From Candidatus Bathyarchaeia archaeon (GTDB taxonomy: Bacteria > Hydrogenedentota > Hydrogenedentia > Hydrogenedentales > SLHB01), in assembly GCA_035530195.1 (NCBI GenBank), contig DATKVG010000103.1, forward strand, positions 4,069 to 68,068: 64,000 bases of DNA. Direction: 5' to 3'. Under the pieces are notes generated by a model that saw only the letters and a program-made list of their open reading frames with translations, was not told the DNA's origin and did no database searches. Position numbers and translations under genes: made by a program. Of this stretch, positions 9,607 through 19,314 are shown one piece after another (positions within the stretch are counted from its first letter, which is position 1; each line of letters begins with the position of its first letter).

Positions 9607-11235
9607 ATGTTCTGTTACCAGTGCGAGCAAACGGCAAAAGGCACAGGATGCACCAGTGTGGGCGTATGTGGCAAAAAATCGGACGTGGCGGCCCTCCAGG
9701 ATTTGCTCACCTACGTCCTGAAAGGATTCGGCGCCGTGGCCGTGGCCGCCCGAAAGGCCGGGATCGTGGACCGGGATGCGGAGCGCCAGATGTGCGATGG
9801 CTTGTTTGCCACGCTGACAAACGTCAACTTCGACCCGGACCGGTTCGCCGAATACGTCCGCGACGCGGCTCGCATTCGCGACGGGCTGAAAGCCCGTCTG
9901 GCCGCAGCGGGCGTTGCTGTTGAGTTTCCGGCGGGCCCGGCGGACCTGGTGCCGGCGTCGGGCGTGACGGAGATGGTGGCTCAAGGGGAGCGGCACGGCA
10001 TGCTGGAAGACGGAAGCCCGAACGAAGACATCCGCTCGTTGCAGCACATCCTGCTTTACGGCGTGCGGGGCGTGGCGGCGTACGCGCACCATGCGTATGT
10101 CCTTGGCCAGGAAGACGTTGCGGTGTACGAGTTTGTGGAAGAGGCGCTCGATGCGTCGCACCGGCCGGACATCTCGCTGGATGAGGCGCTCGGGCTGGTG
10201 TTGAAGTGCGGCGAGATCAACCTGCGGGTGATGGAGTTGCTCGACGCGGGGCATACGGGCACGTACGGCCACCCCGTCCCGACCTCGGTGCCGCTGGGCG
10301 CCAAAGCCGGCAAGGCCATCCTGGTTTCCGGCCACGACCTGATGGATTTGGCGGCCCTGCTGAAACAAACTGAAGGCACCGGCATCAACGTGTACACCCA
10401 CGGCGAAATGCTGCCGGCGCACGGTTACCCGGGCCTGAAAAAGCACGCGCACCTGTATGGCCACTACGGGACGGCGTGGCAAAACCAGGTTTCCGAGTTT
10501 CAAAAGTTCCCCGGCGCCATCGTCATGACGACCAACTGCATCCAGGCCCCGCGGCCCGCGTACATGGACCGGATCTACACGACGGGCACCGTGGGCTGGC
10601 CGGGAGTCCAGCATGTCGTGAACAGGGATTTCTCGAAGGTGATTCAAAAGGCGTTGGCAATACCGGGATTTGTAGAGGATACCGACGCAGGTTCGGTGAT
10701 GGTAGGTTTTGCGCGGAACGCCGTACTGGGCGTGGCCGACAAGGTCATCGCGGCGGTCAAATCCGGCGCGATCCGGCACTTCTTCCTGGTGGGAGGGTGC
10801 GACGGGGCCAAGCCCGGCAGAGACTATTACACCGAGTTCGTCGAGAAGGTCCCGCAGGATTGCGTGGTGCTGACGCTGGCGTGCGGCAAGTTCCGGTTTT
10901 TCGACAAGCAGCTTGGCGACATTGGCGGGATCCCGCGGTTGCTCGACGTCGGCCAGTGCAACGATGCGTATTCGGCAATCCAGATTGCGGCGGCGCTGGC
11001 CGGGGCGTTCAAGTGCGGCGTCAACGACCTGCCGCTGTCGATGGTGCTGTCGTGGTACGAGCAGAAGGCGGTGTCGATCCTGCTTTCGTTGCTTCACCTG
11101 GGCATCAAAGGCATCCGGCTCGGGCCGTCGCTGCCGGCATTCATCACGCCCAACGTGCTCGATGTGCTGGTTAAGAATTTCGATATCAAACCGATTTCGA
11201 CACCGGACGCGGACTTGGCGGCCATATTGGGCTAG
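9607..11235 (+). CDS. hcp: hydroxylamine reductase / hybrid-cluster protein
   Basis: Begins MFCYQCEQTAKGTGCTSVGVCGK, the characteristic N-terminal Cys cluster of Hcp. Length 542 aa. AGGAGA RBS sits 7 nt upstream. The GTG at 9529 in the ORF track was rejected. Confidence 0.9.
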   Translation: MFCYQCEQTAKGTGCTSVGVCGKKSDVAALQDLLTYVLKGFGAVAVAARKAGIVDRDAERQMCDGLFATLTNVNFDPDRFAEYVRDAARIRDGLKARLAAAGVAVEFPAGPADLVPASGVTEMVAQGERHGMLEDGSPNEDIRSLQHILLYGVRGVAAYAHHAYVLGQEDVAVYEFVEEALDASHRPDISLDEALGLVLKCGEINLRVMELLDAGHTGTYGHPVPTSVPLGAKAGKAILVSGHDLMDLAALLKQTEGTGINVYTHGEMLPAHGYPGLKKHAHLYGHYGTAWQNQVSEFQKFPGAIVMTTNCIQAPRPAYMDRIYTTGTVGWPGVQHVVNRDFSKVIQKALAIPGFVEDTDAGSVMVGFARNAVLGVADKVIAAVKSGAIRHFFLVGGCDGAKPGRDYYTEFVEKVPQDCVVLTLACGKFRFFDKQLGDIGGIPRLLDVGQCNDAYSAIQIAAALAGAFKCGVNDLPLSMVLSWYEQKAVSILLSLLHLGIKGIRLGPSLPAFITPNVLDVLVKNFDIKPISTPDADLAAILG

Positions 11236-11263
11236 TCGCGGTTTCAGAGTGGGAGTAGCAGAA

Positions 11264-12007
11264 ATGCGGGTGAAGCGAAAGATCATCGAGATTAACGAGG
11301 AGCTCTGCAACGGTTGCGGGCAGTGTGTTCGGGCTTGCGCTGAAGGGGCGATTCAGATGGTGGACGGCAAGGCGCGGCTGGTATCGGACGTATACTGCGA
11401 CGGGTTGGGCGCGTGCATCGGCGACTGCCCGACGGGCGCGCTCGAGGTGGTCGAGCGCGAGGCGGAGAACTTTCACGAAGTGGCTGTCCACACCCACTTG
11501 CATCAGTTGGCTGAAAAAACCGGCGGTTGCCCATCGGCGCAGGCGATGACGTTTGCGCCGGCCGCCGCGGCCGATTTGGACGTTGCCGTTGAACCGGCGC
11601 TCGGCCACTGGCCTGTTCAGATCCGGCTGGTATCGGCGGCTGCGCCGTTTCTGGAGGACGCGGACATCACGGTGGCGGCGGATTGCGTACCGGTGGCGTA
11701 TCCGGCGTTTCACCGTGATTTTGTGGCGGGCAAGGTGGTGCTGATCGGTTGCCCGAAGTTTGACGACCCGACGCCGTACGTGGGGCGTTTTGTGGAGATT
11801 TTCAGCCGCAACCGGGTTCGGCGGGTGACGGTGGTGGTGATGGAAGTGCCGTGCTGCCAGGGACTGCCGGTGCTGGTCGAGCAGGCGCGCAAGATGGCCG
11901 GGGCCGACGTGCCAATCGAAAAAGTGGTGGTCAGCCGCGACGGCAGAATCGTACATCGCCAGCTTTTGTCGAAAAACGCGAATAAAAGCGGCGCCTCGGT
12001 TGGTTAA
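11264..12007 (+). CDS. 4Fe-4S dicluster ferredoxin-like protein (hcp-associated)
   Basis: The ATG at 11264 follows GGGAG. Two ferredoxin-type motifs are present (CNGCGQCVRAC and CDGLGACIGDCP), plus a CxxC-containing C-terminal domain. Its position immediately after hcp is a common arrangement. Confidence 0.6.
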   Translation: MRVKRKIIEINEELCNGCGQCVRACAEGAIQMVDGKARLVSDVYCDGLGACIGDCPTGALEVVEREAENFHEVAVHTHLHQLAEKTGGCPSAQAMTFAPAAAADLDVAVEPALGHWPVQIRLVSAAAPFLEDADITVAADCVPVAYPAFHRDFVAGKVVLIGCPKFDDPTPYVGRFVEIFSRNRVRRVTVVVMEVPCCQGLPVLVEQARKMAGADVPIEKVVVSRDGRIVHRQLLSKNANKSGASVG

Positions 12008-12065
12008 CCTCGAATTACACCGGGTAAAATCAGGTGAGAGGCAGTAAGAGCATTAGAGGTAACCT

Positions 12066-13697
12066 GTGATCAACCGAGAAGTTCAGTTTAAGGGCCTTCC
12101 GATCAGCGGCGGCATTGCCTTCGCCAAGATCTGCCTGTTTAACGAAAATCGCCATGACCGTGCGCCCGCCCACCAGGTCGAGGGGCCGGGGATCGAACGG
12201 GAAACGGCGCGGATCGAGCAGGCGGTGAAGGTGGCGTCGGAACGGACGCAGGCGCTTGTCGACCAAATCCAGGCCCGGCTGGGATCGGCGCAGGCGGGCA
12301 TTTTCGTGGCGCAGAAAATGATGGTTGAAGACGCCGCGCTGTACGCGAAAATGCTGGCGCTGATTGAACACGAGGGGCTGAACGCGGAGGCCGCTGTCAC
12401 CCGGGCACTGGACGAGTACGAGGCGGTCCTCAGCGCCATCGACAACCAGTACCTGCGGGAGCGGGCGTCGGATATCGGCGAGATTAAGCGGCGGCTGCTC
12501 GACGTGCTGGGCAACACGACCCCGTCGCTGCAATGCGACGGGTTTGCCCACTGCCAGCGTGGCAAGAACCGGGTGGTCGCGGCCGTCGAACTCACCCCCT
12601 CACTCACCACCGAACTCGACACCGACAATCTGCGCGGGTTTATCACCGAACACGGCGGCGCGGGTTCGCACGCGGCCATTCTGGCGCGCGCGTTGGGCAT
12701 CCCGGCCGTCAGCGGCCTGGCGGGTAGCCACAGTACTGTCACCTGCGGAAACGACGTGATCGTGGACGGCGACCGGGGCCTGGTGATTCTGTGGCCGACC
12801 CGGGAAACGCTGGCCAGCTACAAGCTGGTCGAGGGGGCGGTGGTTAAGGCGGCTGTCGACATCGAGCCGGCGGTGCCCAGCTACCAGGTGATGGCCAACG
12901 CCAGCCGGTTCAAAGATATCGAGAAAGCACTGGCGGCCGGCGCAGAAGGCATCGGCCTGTACCGAACGGAGTTCGGGGTGTTCGTGCCCAACCGGATCCT
13001 GGATGAGCAGGAGCAGTACGACCAGTACGTCCGCATCCTGGAGATGATGGGGCCGCGGCCCGTCACAATCCGCCTGCTCGACCTCGGCGGCGACAAGGGC
13101 GGCGAGTGGCTCAACCTCCCGCCCGAGGAAAACCCGCAGTTGGGCCTGAGAGGCAGCCGGCTGTTGTTGGCGCGCCGCGACCTGTTCGACGCGCAGGCGC
13201 GGGCGCTCGCGCGCGCTTCCGTCCACGGGCCCGTCAACGTGATGTATCCGATGATCGTGGATGCGGCGCAGTTCTTGAAGATGCGCGAGGCGTTCGAGAA
13301 CGCGGTGGAAGGCGTCGAGCGGGGCACGTTGCGGCACGGCGTGATGTTCGAGGTGCCCGCGGCATGCCTCCACGCGGGCCAGATCCTCGAGCACGCCGAG
13401 TTCGGCAGCATCGGCACCAACGACCTCACCCAGTATCTGTTTGCGGTGGACAGAAACAACGAGCTGGTCGCCGAATATTACAACCCGGATGCGCCGGCAT
13501 TCTGGGCGCTGATCCGGATGACGGTCGACGCGGCGGCCCACCGGGGCCGGCCGCTGTCGGTTTGCGGGGAGATGGCGGGTGACGAGCAGTTTGTTGAGCG
13601 GTTCATCGAACTGGGGATCAAGTCGGTCAGTGTCAGCTCGCGGCTGATCGCCCGGACGCGGCGCACCGCTCGGAAAATCTTGGGCAGTCAAAACTAA
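12066..13697 (+). CDS. ptsI: phosphoenolpyruvate-protein phosphotransferase (PTS enzyme I)
   Basis: EI N-terminal HPr-binding domain; phospho-histidine domain with GGAGSHAAILARALGIPAV; C-terminal PEP-utilising TIM barrel (NDLTQY). GTG start preceded by GAGGT. Confidence 0.8.
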   Translation: MINREVQFKGLPISGGIAFAKICLFNENRHDRAPAHQVEGPGIERETARIEQAVKVASERTQALVDQIQARLGSAQAGIFVAQKMMVEDAALYAKMLALIEHEGLNAEAAVTRALDEYEAVLSAIDNQYLRERASDIGEIKRRLLDVLGNTTPSLQCDGFAHCQRGKNRVVAAVELTPSLTTELDTDNLRGFITEHGGAGSHAAILARALGIPAVSGLAGSHSTVTCGNDVIVDGDRGLVILWPTRETLASYKLVEGAVVKAAVDIEPAVPSYQVMANASRFKDIEKALAAGAEGIGLYRTEFGVFVPNRILDEQEQYDQYVRILEMMGPRPVTIRLLDLGGDKGGEWLNLPPEENPQLGLRGSRLLLARRDLFDAQARALARASVHGPVNVMYPMIVDAAQFLKMREAFENAVEGVERGTLRHGVMFEVPAACLHAGQILEHAEFGSIGTNDLTQYLFAVDRNNELVAEYYNPDAPAFWALIRMTVDAAAHRGRPLSVCGEMAGDEQFVERFIELGIKSVSVSSRLIARTRRTARKILGSQN

Positions 13698-13744
13698 GCC
13701 GCATTGGCTTAGATCCGGCCAAACGTGTTACGCTGGTGGCACTT

Positions 13745-16405
13745 ATGGACTTTTTCTCTGCTTCCATGCTGTTGAAGCTCAAGGTGCTGTCGAAACCGGG
13801 CCTGGCGTTTGCGGGCCTGGCGATCGTGGCGCTGGTTCTCTTGCTGCAATTGCTCGGGGTGAAGTCGCGGAAAGTGCGCTGGGCGGTCACGGCGCTGCTG
13901 ACGGTGGCGGGTGCGGTTGCGGTTGCGTCCTACCTCGAGTTCGGCCAGTTCCGTTACGACCGGTACATCAACCCGCACGACGTGTTCCACTACTACATGG
14001 GGTCGAAATACTCGCGCGAAATCGGCTACTCCCACCTTTACGCCAGCGCGCTGGTCGCCGACTCGCAAATGAACAGCGTCTACGACCGCAACCGGTCCAT
14101 CAGAAGCCAGGAGGACTACGGTTACATCCCCGCAAGGATGGTGCTGAAAGACTCCGCGAAGTATGAGGGGTTATTCACGCCGCGACGTTGGGTTGAGTTC
14201 AAACGGGACATAGCGTTTTTTCAGTCGCGGATGCCCAAGGCGAAGTGGAACAACGTGCTGCGGGATAAGGGTTACAACGCCACGCCGGTGTGGAATATGG
14301 TTGCACGGGCGCTGGCGAACACGTTTGACACATCGAGCATAAACGCGCTGCTGTTTCTCGATCTGGCGATGCTGGCGGCGATGCTGGTGATGATCTGGGC
14401 GGCGTTCGGCTGGAACGTGGCGATGCTGGCAGCGGTTTTTTTTGCGTCGAACTTTTTCATGAGTTTTGTACACATCCGTGGTGCGTTTCTGCGGCTGGAC
14501 TGGGTGGCGTTGCTGGTGATGTCCGTCTGCGCCCTGAAACTGGGCTGGTACAAGACGGCCGGCGGGATGATGGCGTACGCGGCGCTGGCGCGGGTGTTTC
14601 CCACAGTTTTCGTGTTTGGCATCGGGGCGTGTTTTGTGTGGGACGTGATCAAGAATCGGCGGTTAAGCCGCAGATACGTCGAGTTTTTTGCGGTGTTCGT
14701 GCTGACGGTGTCGGTGCTCGTTGGTTTGTCCATCTTTGACGACGGAAACCTCCATCTCTGGCGCGAATTCAGCGACAAAATCACCCTGCACAACAACGAC
14801 TTGTCCACAACGCGTGTCGGGTTCAAGTACATCTTCCTCGATACACGGGCAGTTACAGGCTCGTGGCCGCAGTTTGTGGCGGCCAAACAGCACGAGTTCG
14901 CGGGCCGGCGCCTGCAATGGCTGGCAATCCAGGCGGCGGTCCTGGCGGCGTGTTTTCTGGCGTCGCGGAAACTGCGCGACCACGAGGCGCTGGCGCTGGG
15001 TTTTGTGCCGGCCTTTTTCCTGGTGGCGCCGACGTTTTACTACCACGTGATGCTGATCGTGCCGTTCATGTTTTTTGCCGCGCGGCCCGAATCGCTGTCT
15101 CGGCTTATTGGGGCGGCGGGCATGTTCGCGTTGAGCGCCGCCGCGTATCGTCTCAACCAGAAGCTCGGGTTTACCATCTTCCTCAGTTACGTCCTTTCGT
15201 GGATGCTGCTGGGGTTGGCAGCGTACCAGTTGGCGGCGGCGTTCTTGACTCGGCGCGACGAGGAAACCGCAGGCGAAGTAGTGGCAACGGCTAAACCCGC
15301 CATCACGCGGCCGCAGAAGGCCCTGCTATGTACGGTGCCGGTGTGCTGGCTGATCTTCGCGGGTGTTGGGCTGATGCGTGCGCATGCGGGCCCGGCCCCG
15401 GCGTCGTCAGCCCTTGCCGATCGGCTCAAATCGCAGCCGGGGATCGTGCAACTGGCGCTGACGGGCGACGTGATGATGGCGCGCGGCGTCAATCGCACGC
15501 TGGTGGCAAGCGGCCAGGATTTCGCGTCGCCGATGATGAACGTGGCGCGTTACCTGCGCAACGCCGATGCGGCCTTCTGCAACCTGGAGACGGCCGTGTC
15601 GACCCTGGGCCAACAGATCAAAAAGCGGTATACGTTCCGATCGTCGCCCCAGACGGTTGCGGCGTTGTCGACGGCGGGGTTTGACGTGGTCAGCCTGGCC
15701 AATAACCACGTGTTGGATTTTGGCACCGACGCGCTGGCCGATACGATGAAGCGGCTCGATGCCGCCGGCATAAAACAGGCCGGCGTTGCCGCCGACGGCG
15801 CAAGGCAGCAGCCGGTCGTTCTGACTGCCAAGGGCGTGAAAATCGGGTTCCTTGCCTATGTCGATCCCGAAAGCCGGTACGCGGACGCGCCCGAATATGA
15901 CTCGATGACGGGCCTGAGGCCGGTCAAAGCCACGCGCGAGCAATGCGCGGCGGACATCTCCGCGCTGAAACGGGCGGCGGATATTGTGGTGGTATCGATG
16001 CACTGGGGGACGGAGTACATCGAGAAACCCGACCGTCGTCAGGTCGAGTTCGGGCGTTTCTTGATCGACGCGGGCGCCAATATCGTGGCAGGGCATCATC
16101 CGCACGTCCAGCAGGAGCCGGAGTGGTACCGGGGCGGCGTCATCATCCACAGCATGGGCAACTTTGTGTTCGACCAGTGGAGCCGGCCGCTCACGCGCGT
16201 CAGCCGGCTTTATCGCGTCTATTGCGACAAGACCGGCGTGAAAGGCCTCGAGTACCTGCCGCTGGACAAAGAGAAAGATACGTGGCTGCTGTTCGCCACG
16301 TCGCGGCGGTTTATTGAAGTGCCCGCCCAACCCGGCACGCGCCGCATGCCCGTCAAACAACCCCCGGCGCCGCCCGCACGTGCCAAGTCTGGAGGAAGCA
16401 GATGA
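13745..16405 (+). CDS. fusion protein: N-terminal polytopic membrane domain of unknown function plus C-terminal CapA/PgsA-type metallophosphoesterase
   Basis: About 530 aa with at least 10 predicted TM helices, followed by a CapA-family domain (motifs LTGDVMMARGV, SLANNHVLDFG, VSMHWGTEY, AGHHPHV). An alternative GTG start lies at 13736. Confidence 0.65.
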   Translation: MDFFSASMLLKLKVLSKPGLAFAGLAIVALVLLLQLLGVKSRKVRWAVTALLTVAGAVAVASYLEFGQFRYDRYINPHDVFHYYMGSKYSREIGYSHLYASALVADSQMNSVYDRNRSIRSQEDYGYIPARMVLKDSAKYEGLFTPRRWVEFKRDIAFFQSRMPKAKWNNVLRDKGYNATPVWNMVARALANTFDTSSINALLFLDLAMLAAMLVMIWAAFGWNVAMLAAVFFASNFFMSFVHIRGAFLRLDWVALLVMSVCALKLGWYKTAGGMMAYAALARVFPTVFVFGIGACFVWDVIKNRRLSRRYVEFFAVFVLTVSVLVGLSIFDDGNLHLWREFSDKITLHNNDLSTTRVGFKYIFLDTRAVTGSWPQFVAAKQHEFAGRRLQWLAIQAAVLAACFLASRKLRDHEALALGFVPAFFLVAPTFYYHVMLIVPFMFFAARPESLSRLIGAAGMFALSAAAYRLNQKLGFTIFLSYVLSWMLLGLAAYQLAAAFLTRRDEETAGEVVATAKPAITRPQKALLCTVPVCWLIFAGVGLMRAHAGPAPASSALADRLKSQPGIVQLALTGDVMMARGVNRTLVASGQDFASPMMNVARYLRNADAAFCNLETAVSTLGQQIKKRYTFRSSPQTVAALSTAGFDVVSLANNHVLDFGTDALADTMKRLDAAGIKQAGVAADGARQQPVVLTAKGVKIGFLAYVDPESRYADAPEYDSMTGLRPVKATREQCAADISALKRAADIVVVSMHWGTEYIEKPDRRQVEFGRFLIDAGANIVAGHHPHVQQEPEWYRGGVIIHSMGNFVFDQWSRPLTRVSRLYRVYCDKTGVKGLEYLPLDKEKDTWLLFATSRRFIEVPAQPGTRRMPVKQPPAPPARAKSGGSR

Positions 16406-18165
16406 CCGGTTCGACGCGGAAGTTGGCGGCGGTGTTGGCGACACTTTTGGCGATGGTCATGGTCCCGGGAACATGGGCTCAGGTTTCGGGCGCTGGTTCC
16501 GCGGGGCCTTCTGTTTTGATGGAGGGTGTGTGGGAGTCGAGCGGTGCGAGGCCGGGCGAGACGGTGCGGCTTGCGGCGGCGGTAACAGTCGAAGAGGGCT
16601 GGCACGTCAACGCCCACAAACCCAGCGACCCGTACATCATCCCGACGACGCTCGATCTGTCGCTGCCCGAGGGCGTTACGGCGGGGCGGACGGCCTATCC
16701 CGAGCCGACATTGTTCGAGGTGCAGGGGTTCCCGGAAAAGCTGGCGGTATACGGCGGGAAGTTTGTGATTGGGGTTGAAGTTCACGTGGGTGCGGAGGTC
16801 AAGCCGGGCACGTTTAACGTGCCGATGACGCTCCACTACCAGGCGTGCAACGACCGGCAGTGCATGATGCCGACGCAAACACCGGCGTTGGCGGAGTTGG
16901 CGGTGGTGGAACCGGGGGCTGCGGTAACGCCGCAACGGCTTGACTTGTTCGAGGGGCTGGTTTTCTCCGAAGAGGCGGGGGCCCAGACGCCTCCAGAGAC
17001 GCCCGCAACCGAAGCGCCGGCCGATACCGGCGACTGGCGGGCGTTGATAGGCGGGTTTGAAGTTGCGGGGACGGCGGGCGGGTATCTGTCGGCATCGGAG
17101 TTCCTGGCGTTTCTCGATAGAGTGGAAAAGGGCGAGGCGGAAGCAGGCCTGTTTGAGAACAAATCGGTGTGGCTTGTGGTGGTGCTGGTCATTGTCGGCG
17201 GCATACTGCTGAACCTGACGCCGTGCGTGTTGCCGCTGATCCCGATTAATCTGGCCATTATCGGCGCGGGCGCGAAAGCCGGCTCAAGACGGCGCGGATT
17301 CCTGCTTGGGGGGACGTATGGGCTGGGGATGGCGGCGACGTACGGGCTGCTGGGGCTGGTCGTGGTGCTAGGCCTTTCGAGCACGTTTGGCGCGTTGAAT
17401 TCGACGATCTGGTTCAACGCCGTAATCGCGGCGGTGTTTGTGGCGCTGGCGCTGGCAATGTTTGACGTGTTCATCCTGGACTTCAGCCGGCTACAGGGCC
17501 GGCTTGGTGTGGCGCGGTTGCAGGGTGGGACGTTCGTGGCGGCGGGCGTGATGGGTGCGGTGGCGGCACTGCTGGCGGGTGCGTGTGTGGCGCCGGTGAT
17601 CATTTCGACGATCGTCTACGCGCAGGATCAGTATGCGCGCGGCAACCGCGTGGCGTTGTTGTTGCCGTTCCTGATCGGGCTCGGGATGGGGCTTCCGTGG
17701 CCGTTTGCGGGGGCGGGCCTGTCGTTCCTGCCCAAGCCGGGGAAATGGATGGAGCGGGTGAAGTATGTTTTTGGCGCGGTTATCCTGGTGGCCGCCGGGT
17801 ATTTCGCTTATCAGACGTGGCTGTTGTTCAGCAACAAATACCTGGTGGATCGACAGGCGGTTCAGGCGAGCGCCGCGGCGTTGGACAAAGAAGGCTGGCA
17901 TTCGGATCTGGCGACGGCACTCGACGAGGCCAGGCGCGACGGGAAACCCGTCTTGATCGACTTCTGGGCGACGTGGTGCAAGAACTGCCTGTGGATGAAT
18001 GAGACGACGTTCAGGGACCCCGCGGTTAAGGCGCGCCTCGAGAAGTACGTGAAGGTGAAGTACCAGGCGGAACGGCTCAGCGAGCCGGCCACACGCGCCG
18101 TGATGGAACGGTTCGACGTGATCGGCCTGCCGACGTACGTGGTGCTGAAACCGCGTCCTGGCTGA
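16402..18165 (+). CDS. dsbD: thiol:disulfide interchange protein DsbD
   Basis: Signal peptide and N-terminal DsbD-alpha domain, a CcdA-like TM core with conserved Cys, and a C-terminal thioredoxin domain (WATWCKNC). Its start overlaps the upstream stop (ATGA). Confidence 0.85.
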   Translation: MTGSTRKLAAVLATLLAMVMVPGTWAQVSGAGSAGPSVLMEGVWESSGARPGETVRLAAAVTVEEGWHVNAHKPSDPYIIPTTLDLSLPEGVTAGRTAYPEPTLFEVQGFPEKLAVYGGKFVIGVEVHVGAEVKPGTFNVPMTLHYQACNDRQCMMPTQTPALAELAVVEPGAAVTPQRLDLFEGLVFSEEAGAQTPPETPATEAPADTGDWRALIGGFEVAGTAGGYLSASEFLAFLDRVEKGEAEAGLFENKSVWLVVVLVIVGGILLNLTPCVLPLIPINLAIIGAGAKAGSRRRGFLLGGTYGLGMAATYGLLGLVVVLGLSSTFGALNSTIWFNAVIAAVFVALALAMFDVFILDFSRLQGRLGVARLQGGTFVAAGVMGAVAALLAGACVAPVIISTIVYAQDQYARGNRVALLLPFLIGLGMGLPWPFAGAGLSFLPKPGKWMERVKYVFGAVILVAAGYFAYQTWLLFSNKYLVDRQAVQASAAALDKEGWHSDLATALDEARRDGKPVLIDFWATWCKNCLWMNETTFRDPAVKARLEKYVKVKYQAERLSEPATRAVMERFDVIGLPTYVVLKPRPG

Positions 18166-18194
18166 GACGGCTGGGACGTCCGCACCGCAATAGC

Positions 18195-18228
18195 GGTCGC
18201 GCAGGAGCGCGACCCCACCGCATGCAGC
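18195..18228. repeat. REP-like hairpin element GGTCGCGC-rGGA-GCGCGACC followed by CCACCGCAT(T)GCAGC, copy 1
   Basis: It lies between the convergent dsbD and cysE genes. A near-identical copy sits at 37175-37209. Confidence 0.6.
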
Positions 18229-18304
18229 CTGAGCCGGCGGCTTCCATCAAAAGCGCAGGATATTTTGTGCGGCAGCTTGCTGCCGCAATCCAAACAGGCT
18301 TCCC

Positions 18305-19129
18305 CTACAAAAGAGCGTCGTCGGCCAGTTTCTTTTCGGTTTCTTCGTCGATCCGCTGGTCCATTTCGAGGGCGGGCAGGGCGTGGGCTGGGTATCCGAC
18401 GGGTTTTGCGGGTACGCCGGCAACGGTGCAGTGAGGTGGGACGTCTTCGAGCACGACGCTGCCGGCGCCGATTTTTGCGCCTTCGCCGATGATGACGTTG
18501 CCGAGCACCTTGGCGCCGGCCCCGATCAGCACACCCTTGCCGATCCTGGGGTGGCGTTGGCCGCCGGCCTTGCCGGTGCCGCCAAGCGTGACCTCGTGCA
18601 ACATCGAGAAGTCGTCGTCGATGACGGCGGTCTCGCCGATGACGATGCTGGTGGCGTGGTCGAACAGGAGGCCTTTTCCGAGCCGCGCCCCGGGGTGGAT
18701 GTCGACGGCAAACACTTCGGACATCCGGCTCTGAAGGTACAGGGCCAGCGGTTTCCGGTCCTGTTGCCAGTAGTAATGGGCGGCACGGTAGGACTGGATG
18801 GCGTGGTAGCCCTTGAAGTAGAGGAGCGGCTGCGAGCAGCCGCGGCATGCCGGGTCGCGGGTGACGACGGCGTTGATGTCGGCGCGCAATGCGGCGGCAA
18901 TCTTGTGGTCGCTGCGAAACGCTTCGTCAATGAGGTCGCGCAGCGTAACCGCGGGGACGGTCGAGCTCCCCAGCTTGCTGGCGAGGATGAAGCTGAGCGC
19001 GTCCTCGAGTGTTTTGTGGTTCAAGACCACCGAGTAGAGGAAACTGGCCAGCATCGGCTCGGTTTGCGCGTCTCGCGCGGCTTCCTCGCGTATTTTTTCC
19101 CAAATCGGGTCGTTTTTCTGCTTCGTCAT
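18305..19129 (-). CDS. cysE: serine O-acetyltransferase
   Basis: SATase N-terminal helical domain and a left-handed beta-helix with hexapeptide repeats (GARLGKGLLFDHATSIVIGETAVIDDD...). The ATG at 19129 (MTKQKN) has an AAGGAGAG RBS. The 10 upstream codons in the ORF track were rejected. Confidence 0.85.
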   Translation of the reverse strand: MTKQKNDPIWEKIREEAARDAQTEPMLASFLYSVVLNHKTLEDALSFILASKLGSSTVPAVTLRDLIDEAFRSDHKIAAALRADINAVVTRDPACRGCSQPLLYFKGYHAIQSYRAAHYYWQQDRKPLALYLQSRMSEVFAVDIHPGARLGKGLLFDHATSIVIGETAVIDDDFSMLHEVTLGGTGKAGGQRHPRIGKGVLIGAGAKVLGNVIIGEGAKIGAGSVVLEDVPPHCTVAGVPAKPVGYPAHALPALEMDQRIDEETEKKLADDALL

Positions 19130-19245
19130 TACGCGCTCTCCTTTGAAGAATGATAGCACAGATTAAATCCGCGTATGAAGACGGACGCGGCCCGGGTGCG
19201 CCATGGCGGCCGTTATATATGACGACATAATTTTTGCTGAATGTG

Positions 19246-19266
19246 GGTCCGGAATTATTCCGGACC
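19246..19266. promoter_or_regulatory. perfect 21-bp palindrome in the cysE / MATE divergent promoter region
   Basis: ggtccggaat-t-attccggacc is read directly. It is a candidate dimeric-regulator operator. Confidence 0.3.
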
Positions 19267-19314
19267 TACAGATGCCGAGCCTACAGGAAGGTGCAAAAAT
19301 TCGGTCGTGCTGTA

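Noticed and set aside
9475-11310. 611-aa minus-strand ORF overlapping hcp
   Set aside because: It is antisense to hcp, whose identity is unambiguous. The Arg-rich composition is typical of spurious high-GC ORFs.
12600-13691. 363-aa minus-strand ORF inside ptsI
   Set aside because: It is antisense to ptsI, with low-complexity composition.
15407-16444. 345-aa minus-strand ORF inside the CapA-fusion gene
   Set aside because: It is antisense to a CDS with clear CapA motifs.
17862-18848. 328-aa minus-strand ORF spanning the dsbD 3' end and cysE
   Set aside because: It overlaps two well-supported genes in the wrong frame. Arg-rich.
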